NCBI GenBank assembly: GCA_964418245.1
Contig: CAYQKW010000003.1
Span: 2,977-66,976 of the forward strand
Source of the DNA: an uncultured Oscillospiraceae bacterium
GTDB lineage: Bacteria > Bacillota > Clostridia > RUG12999
Reading direction: 5' to 3'
DNA: 64,000 nucleotides
The position numbers and the translations under genes are program-made. The notes under the pieces are model-generated. The model was not told where the DNA came from and did no database searches. It worked only from the letters and a program-made list of their open reading frames with translations. Of this stretch, positions 1 through 7,955 are shown piece after piece (within the stretch, counting starts at the first letter, position 1; every line of letters starts with the position of its first letter).

Positions 1-2
1 TA

Positions 3-659
3 GATACAATTGTAACATTTTCAGGTTGCCCCGGCGGAAGTGAAGTTGATATGACACCGAACTGGGCAGTATGCCCGTGGCCTGAGGATTTCCTCGAAGT
101 ATTGGATTATCAGTGGAACAAAGTTTTGATTCCTTATTGGAAAGAAGCAGTTAAATTTGCAAATGCACACGGAGTTAAGAAAATAGCTCTTGAAATGCAT
201 CCGGGATTCTGTGTATACAATCCTGAAACTTGCCTTAAACTGCGTGAAGCCGTTGGCGATACAATAGGTGCAAATCTTGACCCAAGCCATCTTTTCTGGC
301 AGGGTATCGACATAGTTGCGGCGATACGTAAACTCGGTGAAGCCGGCGCAATATATCATTTCCATGCAAAAGATACAAAAATCGACCCGATTAACTGTGG
401 TGTGAACGGCGTACTCGATACAAAACATTACGGTGACGAAATTAATCGTTCGTGGATTTTCCGTTCCGTGGGATACGGTCACGATTTGCAGACATGGAAA
501 GATATTATGAGTAATTTAAGACTTGTAGGTTACGACGGCATCATCAGCATCGAACACGAGGACAGTCTTATGACAGGTAAAGAGGGTCTTGAAAAAGCAA
601 TTGCTTTCTTAAAAGAAACAATTATATTTGAGTCGAAAGGCGATATGTGGTGGGCTTAA
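3..659 (+). CDS. sugar phosphate isomerase/epimerase (xylose-isomerase-like TIM barrel), 5' end cut by window edge
   Basis: Frame is open from nt 3 (DTIVTFSGCPGGSEVD precedes the listed ATG at 51, so that ATG is internal). Motifs KKIALEMHPG, NLDPSHLFWQGID and IISIEHED fit this TIM-barrel family. Followed 27 nt later by a Gfo/Idh/MocA oxidoreductase, a common pairing. Confidence 0.75.
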   Translation, partial: DTIVTFSGCPGGSEVDMTPNWAVCPWPEDFLEVLDYQWNKVLIPYWKEAVKFANAHGVKKIALEMHPGFCVYNPETCLKLREAVGDTIGANLDPSHLFWQGIDIVAAIRKLGEAGAIYHFHAKDTKIDPINCGVNGVLDTKHYGDEINRSWIFRSVGYGHDLQTWKDIMSNLRLVGYDGIISIEHEDSLMTGKEGLEKAIAFLKETIIFESKGDMWWA

Positions 660-686
660 AACCCATTTATCACGGAGGTTGGAAAA

Positions 687-1757
687 ATGATTAAAGATAA
701 ATATGCATTGGGTATTGTGGGTTTCGGCGGAATGGCCGGACATCATTGTACACAGCTTGCAAAAGGTAATACAAAAGTATATGTCAAAGGCGTATACGAT
801 ATAAAAGAAGAAAGAATCGAAGCAGCTAAAGAAAAAGGTTATAAAACTTATTCTTCAAGAGAAGAACTGCTTGCGGATAAAGATATAGATATAGTTCTTG
901 TTTCGGCATATAACGATGTACATAAAGAAATTGCGATTGATGCACTTCGTGCCGGAAAACACGTATTGTGCGAAAAACCGGTAACACCGACTTGTGCGGA
1001 ACTTGAAGAAATTATGGCTGTTGCCGAAGAAACGGGTATGGTTTTTACAGTTGACCAGAACAGACGTGTGAACAAAGATTTTATTCTTATGCGCCGTCAC
1101 GTTGAAGCCGGTGAAATAGGTGATGTTTACGTAATCGAATCTCGTGTGGAGGGTTCAAGAGGTATGCCCAAAGGTTGGCGTACAATAAAAGAACTCGGCG
1201 GAGGTATGATGCTTGACTGGGGTGTTCATCTCATTGACCAGATTATGTATATGATAGACGAAAAAGTAACAAACGTATATTGCAAAATGTATTCGATAAA
1301 TTATAAAGATATTGATGATAATGTTCACCTTACACTTACTTTTGAAAGCGGACTTACGGCACATATAGAAGTCGGTACGAATAACTATATTATGCATCCG
1401 CGTTGGTATGTTCTCGGCTCAAACGGCACATTACAGATAGACAGCTGGGATTGCGACGGCAAAATTATACGTAAAAAAGATGATGACAGCGAATGGGCGG
1501 AAGAAATTGTATATACAAAAGCCGGTCCCACAAAAACAATGGCACCGAGAAACCCGAATACAACAGAGGAAATCAAACTTTCCGAACCGCTTGATGTTAT
1601 TGATAACTTAGACCCTGTTTACGACCAGCTCGTAGATGCGATTGAGGGAAAAGCTCCGCTCAAAATCACTCCTCAGCAGGCATGGAGAGTTGTTAAAGTA
1701 ATGGAAACAGCTTTCAAATCTGCCGAAACCGGTGAAGCAATAAAAGTTAATATATAA
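687..1757 (+). CDS. Gfo/Idh/MocA family NAD(P)-dependent oxidoreductase
   Basis: Rossmann motif GIVGFGGMAG at the N-terminus, conserved EKP motif (LCEKPV), 356 aa. GGAGG RBS 8 nt upstream of the ATG. Confidence 0.85.
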   Translation: MIKDKYALGIVGFGGMAGHHCTQLAKGNTKVYVKGVYDIKEERIEAAKEKGYKTYSSREELLADKDIDIVLVSAYNDVHKEIAIDALRAGKHVLCEKPVTPTCAELEEIMAVAEETGMVFTVDQNRRVNKDFILMRRHVEAGEIGDVYVIESRVEGSRGMPKGWRTIKELGGGMMLDWGVHLIDQIMYMIDEKVTNVYCKMYSINYKDIDDNVHLTLTFESGLTAHIEVGTNNYIMHPRWYVLGSNGTLQIDSWDCDGKIIRKKDDDSEWAEEIVYTKAGPTKTMAPRNPNTTEEIKLSEPLDVIDNLDPVYDQLVDAIEGKAPLKITPQQAWRVVKVMETAFKSAETGEAIKVNI

Positions 1758-1934
1758 TATGTTTGTATATGGGTATTGTGTTTTTGCAGTACCCTTAACC
1801 GTTATTTGGTGCGGAGCAGGGACAAACATATTCAATGCATAATTATGTTTGCACGATGTTCATGCGGAAAATGAAATTCGTTGCAAAAACCTGTCAATGG
1901 TGGAATTAAATCTAATCAATTGAACAAACCGTAG

Positions 1935-1956
1935 GGGCGGACGACCCTGTCCGCCC
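1935..1956. repeat. GC-rich hairpin repeat, copy 1 (GGGCGGAC-GACCCT-GTCCGCCC)
   Basis: Perfect 8-bp stem with a 6-nt loop in AT-rich intergenic DNA. Near-identical copies at 16674-16695 and 63671-63697. A degenerate inverted half-copy (GTGCGGAGCAGGGAC) lies at 1809-1823. Confidence 0.7.
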
Positions 1957-2017
1957 GACCAATCATTGCAAAAATCAATACAGAAAATACCTATATATTT
2001 TACGAAAGGAAAAAAAT

Positions 2018-2749
2018 ATGTATCATAATTTCAAAACAGATGAATTTGAATTTAACGGTCATGAATGTACCGTTGTAATTCCCGAAAATCCGTTGGATGG
2101 AAATCCTTATATATGGCGTGCCGAATTTTTGGGTGCCTTCGACAGCGTTGATGTTGAAATGATAAAAAGAGGGTATCATCTTATAAATATAGCTTTGCAC
2201 GATATGTTCGGTGCTCCGGAAGCCATAGAGGAAATGTATAAATTTCAAAAATATGTTGAAGAAAAATATTCACTCAATAATAAAGCCATAATATTCGGTT
2301 TCAGCCGCGGCGGACTTTATACGGTGAATTTCACTGCTGTACATCCGGAAAAGGTCGATAAAATATATCTTGATGCACCTGTGCTTGATATAATGAGCTG
2401 GCCTTACGGAATAATGAGAGGTGACGGAAGTGAACCGGATATAAAAATGTGCTCGGAAATATATCATATAACTGATATAAAAGCTTTTACCGACAGCCCG
2501 ATTTATAAAATAAATTCTTTGTTGGAAAATAAAATACCCGTTATGCTTGTTGCCGGCGACAGCGATACGGTTGTACCGTTCAACGAAAACGGAAAAATTT
2601 TGTTTGCCGATTATGTACGATACGGCGGAACAATAAGTCTTATTGTTAAAAAAAGTGTCGGACATCATCCGCACAGTCTTGATGACCCAACGGAAATTGC
2701 GGATTTTCTCTGTGGAAATCCTGAGGAAATATGGTTTAAAGAGATATAG
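2018..2749 (+). CDS. alpha/beta-fold hydrolase (esterase / dienelactone-hydrolase-like), cytoplasmic
   Basis: GXSXG nucleophile elbow GFSRGG, with later GDSDTVVP (Asp) and VGHHPHS (His) fitting a Ser-Asp-His triad. No signal peptide. AAAGGA RBS upstream. Confidence 0.7.
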   Translation: MYHNFKTDEFEFNGHECTVVIPENPLDGNPYIWRAEFLGAFDSVDVEMIKRGYHLINIALHDMFGAPEAIEEMYKFQKYVEEKYSLNNKAIIFGFSRGGLYTVNFTAVHPEKVDKIYLDAPVLDIMSWPYGIMRGDGSEPDIKMCSEIYHITDIKAFTDSPIYKINSLLENKIPVMLVAGDSDTVVPFNENGKILFADYVRYGGTISLIVKKSVGHHPHSLDDPTEIADFLCGNPEEIWFKEI

Positions 2750-2816
2750 ACCGCCATATTTTCGGCATAACTTTGAACGATACCTATAGCACAATAGCAT
2801 AAAGCGAGTGTTCGGC

Positions 2817-2850
2817 ATAATGCAATGCGGCTTTAGCCGCATTGCATTAT
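2817..2850 (+). terminator. Rho-independent terminator between convergent esterase and ptsI genes
   Basis: Perfect 15-bp stem ATAATGCAATGCGGC / GCCGCATTGCATTAT with loop TTTA, followed by TGTTTTT on the + strand. The ptsI stop codon (2833-2835) sits in the loop and its last codons lie in the right arm, so the hairpin may also act on the minus-strand transcript. Confidence 0.6.
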
Positions 2851-4449
2851 TGTTTTTCGCAGTGGAAGAATGAGCGGCGGTGATACGGAAATTTCATCAA
2901 TTCCGTTTTCAACAAGCCATTCCGTCATTTTTAAGTCTCCGCCGAGTTCACCGCATATTCCCACCCATATTCCTTTTTCATGAGCATTATTTATTGTGAT
3001 TTTTATAAGTTTTTTCACCGCATCGTGATACGGATTGTAAAATTCGGCAATAAATTCGCTTTGACGGTCTGCCGCAAGGGTGTACTGTGTTAAATCATTA
3101 CTGCCTATACTGAAAAAATCCACTTCCTCCGCAAGCATATCACTTATAAGTGCGGCGGCCGGGGTTTCTATCATTATTCCTGTTTCTATATCTTCGTCAA
3201 ACGAAATTTTTTCTGCCCGAAGAGAATTTTTAACTTCTTCAAGAAGTGTTTTTATGCGGCGTACCTCATCAACGGAAATTATCATCGGAAACATTATTGC
3301 GGCTTTTCCGAATGCCGATGCACGAAGAATTGCACGAAGTTGTGTTTTGAACACTTCGGGGCGTTTGAGGCATATTCTCACTGCTCTGAATCCCATTGCC
3401 GGATTCTCTTCACGCGCAAGTTTGAAATAATCTATTTGTTTATCGGCACCTATGTCAAGGGTTCGTATAATAACCTTTTTACCGCCCATGCTTTCTATAA
3501 TTTTTTTATATACCGCAAACTGCTCCTGTTCAGTGGGATAATCGTTGCTTTCAAGATACAAAAACTCACTGCGCAAAAGACCTATGCCTTCCGCATCGTT
3601 TAAAATTGCCGCACCTATGTCCGATACGCCGCCTATATTTGCATAAAGATGTATTTTTTTGCCGCTTGACGTTATCGTTTCTTTATCCTTATACTTTCTC
3701 ATAAGCTCATCATGTTTTTGCAATTCAAGCTGTTTTTTCTCCATACGGTCAGATGTTTCTTCATCCGGAGAAACATACACCGTTCCCGTTCCGCCGTCTA
3801 TAATAACGGTTTCGCCGTCATATTTTTTCAAGTCTTCCCCCACACTCACAACCGCCGGGACATTCATTGTTCTTGCAAGTATTGCCATATGCGAATTTGA
3901 ACTGCCGAGTGTTGTAATGAAACCGAGTACATTTTCTTTATCCATCTGTACGGTTTCGCTCGGCGTTAAATCTTTTGCACCGATTATGCACACCGATGTC
4001 ATATTTTCTTTTTCGGCGTTATTCGTCATACAATCTATTATTCTGTTTGATATATCCGTCACGTCCACCGCACGTGCGCGCATATATTCATCGTCCATTT
4101 CTTTAAACATGGACGAAAAATTTTCGGCGGTTACAGACACGGCATATTCGGCATTAACCCGTTGTACATTTATTATGTTTTTTATTGATTCGTTGTAGTC
4201 CGGGTCGTTTATCATCATGCAGTGAATATCAAATATTGCGGCATTGGCTTCGCCGACCTCGTGCAAAGCCTTATTATACAGTGAATTGAGCTGTTCCAGC
4301 GCTTTCTCCTTTGCTCGTTCAAGTTTTTCAAATTCTTTTTCGGCATCTTCGATATGCACACGTTTAATATTTGTTTCTTTCTCTTTATAATAGTGCAATT
4401 GTCCTTTCACGACGCCGGCACATACTCCTTTGCCATTTAACACTTTCAT
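2833..4449 (-). CDS. ptsI: phosphoenolpyruvate-protein phosphotransferase (PTS enzyme I)
   Basis: 538 aa. Phospho-His region GSSNSHMAILARTMNVPAVV, C-terminal PEP-binding motifs SIGSNDLTQY and active-site Cys in WVGICGELGGD. Lies 30 nt downstream of ptsH. Confidence 0.9.
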   Translation of the reverse strand: MKVLNGKGVCAGVVKGQLHYYKEKETNIKRVHIEDAEKEFEKLERAKEKALEQLNSLYNKALHEVGEANAAIFDIHCMMINDPDYNESIKNIINVQRVNAEYAVSVTAENFSSMFKEMDDEYMRARAVDVTDISNRIIDCMTNNAEKENMTSVCIIGAKDLTPSETVQMDKENVLGFITTLGSSNSHMAILARTMNVPAVVSVGEDLKKYDGETVIIDGGTGTVYVSPDEETSDRMEKKQLELQKHDELMRKYKDKETITSSGKKIHLYANIGGVSDIGAAILNDAEGIGLLRSEFLYLESNDYPTEQEQFAVYKKIIESMGGKKVIIRTLDIGADKQIDYFKLAREENPAMGFRAVRICLKRPEVFKTQLRAILRASAFGKAAIMFPMIISVDEVRRIKTLLEEVKNSLRAEKISFDEDIETGIMIETPAAALISDMLAEEVDFFSIGSNDLTQYTLAADRQSEFIAEFYNPYHDAVKKLIKITINNAHEKGIWVGICGELGGDLKMTEWLVENGIDEISVSPPLILPLRKTIMQCG

Positions 4450-4479
4450 TTCGGAATACCTCCCCGATACATCGCCGAT

Positions 4480-4737
4480 TTACAGATTTTCGCCGAAAAA
4501 CTTCATAACGGATTCTTTTGCCGCGTCTTCGTCTTCTCCGATTACGGACACCGTAACGGAATCGCCTTTTTTCACATTAAGACCCATTAAATTAAAAAGT
4601 CGTTTTGCATCGGCGGTTTTTCCGCCGAACGATACCGTAATATCGCTTTTAAATTTCTGTGCACATTTAACGAGAAGTCCCGCCGGGCGTGCATGAATAC
4701 CGAGTTCATCTTTAATTACATATTCAAATTCTTTCAT
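4480..4737 (-). CDS. ptsH: phosphocarrier protein HPr (His15 present, Ser46 replaced by Arg)
   Basis: 85 aa from ATG 4737 (GGAGA RBS 7 nt upstream). The ORF-track start at 4743 is a TTG adding two residues. GIHARPA places His at position 15. The KS(I/L) regulatory site reads AKRLFNLMGL. Confidence 0.9.
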   Translation of the reverse strand: MKEFEYVIKDELGIHARPAGLLVKCAQKFKSDITVSFGGKTADAKRLFNLMGLNVKKGDSVTVSVIGEDEDAAKESVMKFFGENL

Positions 4738-4876
4738 AGGCAAATCTCCATTCTGCCGCCCTGTGCCGGCATGGATTTTTTACAGGGATATTTTATTGAA
4801 TTTAGTTTTGCCCAATTTATGCGTTATTATGAATAAAATTTATTTTTTATCCGCCGAATAAAACGGCAGCCGTTCG

Positions 4877-6901
4877 TCAACCCGTGATATTGCCGTTAAT
4901 AACGGTTTTGAACATCTCGTTAAGTTTTTCTTTCAGGAATATGTTATTTTTTAATTCCGGGTCTTTTTCCAAAATTTCTCTTGCCGCATTTCCGGCATTT
5001 TTCATTACATTTAAATCTGTTTCAAGGTCGGCTATTTTAAATTCGGGAAGTCCATGCTGACGCGTTCCGAGAAAATCGCCCGGACCTCTCAGTGCAAGGT
5101 CTTTCCGTGCCACTTCAAACCCATCGTTTGTTTTTGCCAAAACTTTAAGCCGTTCGTTATCTTTGTCCTGCGAAAACAAAACACAATAAGAACGATATTC
5201 TCCCCTGCCGACTCTGCCGCGTATCTGGTGCAGCTGCGAAAGCCCGAAACGTTCCGCATTTTCAATTATCATCACGCTTGCATTCGGAACATTTATTCCG
5301 ACTTCAATTACGGTTGTGGATACAAGCACGTCGGTTTTGCCCTCCGCAAAATTTCGCATTATTTCATTTTTTTCTTTCGGGCGCATTTTGCCGTGAAGAA
5401 GACTGACATTATACTTCGCAAGTACACCGCCGCTCAATTCGTTTGCCAGTTCTTCGGCGGCTTTAATATCGATTTTTTCCGATTCCATGGCAAGCGGACA
5501 TATTATATATACCTGCCGCCCCTCTTCAACATTTTTTATAATAAAATTATTTATTCGTGTCCGCATTGATTCGTCCACGATATATGTGCTTATTTTTTGC
5601 CGCCCGGGCGGAACCGAATCTATAACAGAAATATCCAAATCACCGTATATTATAAGTGCGAGTGTTCTTGGAATCGGCGTTGCCGACATTATAAGTATAT
5701 GTACTTTGTCACCTTTTTCGGAAAGCGTTAAACGCTGTTTTACCCCGAATCTGTGCTGTTCATCGGTTATAACAAGGCGAAGATTTTTAAATTCGACATT
5801 GCTTTCAAGCAACGCATGAGTGCCTATAATTATTTTGGCTTCACCGTTTTTTATTTTCAATATTTCATTTGACTTTTGTTTGCCCGTCACACTGCCGCTC
5901 AAATATGCAATTTCGTCATCATTGAAATATTTTTTTGCGGTATTGAAATGCTGTGATGCCAAAACCTCTGTCGGTGCCATAAGTGCCGATTGAAATCCGT
6001 TTTTATATGCCGCATATATTGCCGCGAACGCCACAGCTGTTTTTCCGGAACCAACATCTCCCTGCACAAGCCTGTTCATACCGACATTCCCCGACAAATC
6101 CGCATATATCTCAAAGATTACTTTTTTCTGTGCATCGGTAAGTTCAAACGGAAGCATTTCGGCAAATTCGCAAAAAATCCCTTCGGTATTGAACTTTTCG
6201 CCCTGAGGTTTTTGTTTTTTTACTTTCAAAATTCCGAGCTGAAAAAGCATAAGTTCTTCAAATATAAGCCGTTTTCTCGCGATTTCATATTCATGTTTTC
6301 CGTTCGGAAAATGTATGGCACGCAATGCAAAATTTATTTCGCACAATTCGTATTTTTTACGTATATCCTCGTCGATATATTCGTTTAGCGTTCCGACATA
6401 CTTTTCAACACAGATACGCATAAGGCTCTGCATTGTTTTCTGCGGAAGATTTTTTGTAAGCGGATATATCGGGACAACTCTGCCGATGTATGTATCGCCG
6501 TCGGCTTTTTCATAGGTTATTCCCGACATTTCAAACTTACCGTATTTATACTCGGTTTTTCCGTAAAATTTATATTTCTGTCCTTTTTTCAACGATGATT
6601 TAATATATTTGTTGTTATACCAATTCAGCATTACCGCACCGGTACCGTCGCTTGCAACCGCTTTGTATATAACAAGATTTTTCCTGATGTGCATTTCTTC
6701 GACTTCGGTAATAAGTTCGGCAAAAACAGCGGCATTTTCACCGCTTCGCAAATCTTTTATCGGGCGGATTTCACTTCTGTCTTCCATTTGTCTCGGTACA
6801 AAATATAGCATATCATTCACGGTTTTTATACCGAGTTTGAGCAACAGTTTGCTTCTGCTTTCTCCGATTCCTTTAATTTCCGATATGGGTGTATTTATCA
6901 T
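4877..6901 (-). CDS. recG: ATP-dependent DNA helicase RecG
   Basis: Walker A GDVGSGKT, motif II DEQHRFG, helicase C-terminal motifs (QLHQIRGRVGRG). Start moved to ATG 6901 (MINTPISEIKGIG), which has GGAGG 5 nt upstream. The ORF-track ATG at 6913 overlaps the gpr stop codon (TAATG). Confidence 0.9.
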   Translation of the reverse strand: MINTPISEIKGIGESRSKLLLKLGIKTVNDMLYFVPRQMEDRSEIRPIKDLRSGENAAVFAELITEVEEMHIRKNLVIYKAVASDGTGAVMLNWYNNKYIKSSLKKGQKYKFYGKTEYKYGKFEMSGITYEKADGDTYIGRVVPIYPLTKNLPQKTMQSLMRICVEKYVGTLNEYIDEDIRKKYELCEINFALRAIHFPNGKHEYEIARKRLIFEELMLFQLGILKVKKQKPQGEKFNTEGIFCEFAEMLPFELTDAQKKVIFEIYADLSGNVGMNRLVQGDVGSGKTAVAFAAIYAAYKNGFQSALMAPTEVLASQHFNTAKKYFNDDEIAYLSGSVTGKQKSNEILKIKNGEAKIIIGTHALLESNVEFKNLRLVITDEQHRFGVKQRLTLSEKGDKVHILIMSATPIPRTLALIIYGDLDISVIDSVPPGRQKISTYIVDESMRTRINNFIIKNVEEGRQVYIICPLAMESEKIDIKAAEELANELSGGVLAKYNVSLLHGKMRPKEKNEIMRNFAEGKTDVLVSTTVIEVGINVPNASVMIIENAERFGLSQLHQIRGRVGRGEYRSYCVLFSQDKDNERLKVLAKTNDGFEVARKDLALRGPGDFLGTRQHGLPEFKIADLETDLNVMKNAGNAAREILEKDPELKNNIFLKEKLNEMFKTVINGNITG

Positions 6902-6912
6902 ATTAACCTCCA

Positions 6913-7788
6913 TTAATCCTTCCGCAACAATTTATGCAAACCCATGTTTATTCCGTGTGCAACAATTTCTGCCGACGTTTCGATTATCATATCTATATCT
7001 TTCGGTGTGACCATCATATCGGCACCTCCGGCTTTTTCGGCAAGCACATCGGCATTTTTTTCTCCGGCTTTTTCGAGTGCCGCATATACCATTGTTTTTG
7101 CATCCACAACAGTTGGAACTCCCACCGCTATAACAGGTATTTTCAAATTTTTTTCCGTGAGACCTCTTCGTCTGTTTCCAACGCCTCCGCCTGGGTGTAT
7201 GCCGCTGTCGGAAATTTGCACGGTATTGCCCACTCTTGATGGATTTCCTGCCGCAAGCGCGTCAATCGCTATTATTGCATCCGGACTCACCTTTTCTTTG
7301 ATTCCGCGTATTATTTCAAGTGTTTCTATCCCCGTATTCCCCAGTACATCGGGAGCAATGGCACATACACTTCGTGCACCCTTGCAAACACTTTTCGGCA
7401 TATATTCAAAAAGATGACGCGTAACCTCTATTTTTGATATAACTTTCGGACCGAGTGCATCAGGAGTGATTTGTCGGTTTCCCAACCCCACCGCAAGTAT
7501 TGTACCCGATATATTATGCTTGTCTAACAATGCGGCAAGACTTTCCGACACGAGCGAACATATGTTTTCACGTTCGTCATCTTCCGAATACTTCATGTTT
7601 TCGGCTTCAATTGTAATATACGTACCCATATTTTTTCCGAGACGCTGTTCTCCCGTTTCGTTCAAAATATCCACAATCGTAATTTCCGCACCGTTTTGAT
7701 GACGTTTTTTAACTTTTATTCCCACTGTATCATGTGTACCGCAGGTTTCATGCGCTTCAAGCGCAAGGTCTGTGCGTACAGCCGGCAT
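6913..7788 (-). CDS. gpr: germination protease (GPR endopeptidase, spore SASP degradation)
   Basis: N-terminal RTDLALEAHE and the VGLGNRQITPDALGP block are GPR hallmarks as I recall them. 291 aa is the short clostridial size. GGAAAGGA RBS 8 nt upstream. Confidence 0.75.
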   Translation of the reverse strand: MPAVRTDLALEAHETCGTHDTVGIKVKKRHQNGAEITIVDILNETGEQRLGKNMGTYITIEAENMKYSEDDERENICSLVSESLAALLDKHNISGTILAVGLGNRQITPDALGPKVISKIEVTRHLFEYMPKSVCKGARSVCAIAPDVLGNTGIETLEIIRGIKEKVSPDAIIAIDALAAGNPSRVGNTVQISDSGIHPGGGVGNRRRGLTEKNLKIPVIAVGVPTVVDAKTMVYAALEKAGEKNADVLAEKAGGADMMVTPKDIDMIIETSAEIVAHGINMGLHKLLRKD

Positions 7789-7851
7789 ATAATCATTCCT
7801 TTCCCGTCCGCGGATATTTTACGGACACATTTATTATATACCGACAATATT

Positions 7852-7880
7852 ATTTTATAACACAATCTTTGTTTTGTCAA
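7852..7880 (-). promoter_or_regulatory. sigma-A-type promoter upstream of gpr-recG
   Basis: On the minus strand: TTGACA (7880-7875), 17-nt spacer, TAAAAT (7857-7852), about 60 nt upstream of the gpr ATG. Prediction by consensus match only. Confidence 0.4.
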
Positions 7881-7904
7881 GAATTTTCTTTTTTTACTCA
7901 ATAC

Positions 7905-7949
7905 GGGGCTGTGACAATACGATTTTTAAAATCATTTTGTCACAGCCCC
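7905..7949 (-). terminator. stem-loop downstream of locus A (13-bp stem, no clear U-tract)
   Basis: GGGGCTGTGACAA (7905-7917) pairs with TTGTCACAGCCCC (7937-7949) around a 19-nt loop. Starts 7 nt after the stop of the last locus A gene. The absent U-run lowers confidence. Confidence 0.35.
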
Positions 7950-7955
7950 AATAAT

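Noticed and set aside
1758-2017. MITE or other mobile element bounded by the inverted half-copy (1809-1823) and hairpin copy 1 (1935-1956); also possible ncRNA or tRNA in this 260-nt gap.
   Set aside because: I saw no target-site duplication, no clear terminal inverted repeats beyond the degenerate 13-15 nt, no tRNA T-loop (GTTCGAATC-like) and no transposase. It is kept only as part of the hairpin-repeat finding.
4744-4876. Promoter or regulatory leader of ptsH-ptsI, including the CCCTGT...ACAGGG hairpin in the leader.
   Set aside because: The best -35/-10 candidates have wrong spacing (TTGGGC-14-TAAAAT). The 6-bp hairpin is weak, and there is no RAT/PRD-antiterminator context. Not reportable as a feature.
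6911-6915. Recurrent TAATG stop/start overlaps (gpr/recG 6911-6915, GH29/regulator 30341-30345, 1079-aa/876-aa 47254-47258) as a special coupling signal.
   Set aside because: This is common translational-coupling geometry in compact operons. In at least recG a better-spaced ATG lies 12 nt downstream, so the overlap may not even be the used start.
7789-7900. Forespore sigma-F/sigma-G promoter upstream of gpr, as in Bacillus.
   Set aside because: I could not find a convincing GHATR-N17/18-CATxHTA match. Only a sigma-A-like TTGACA-17-TAAAAT is evident. This cannot be resolved without expression data.
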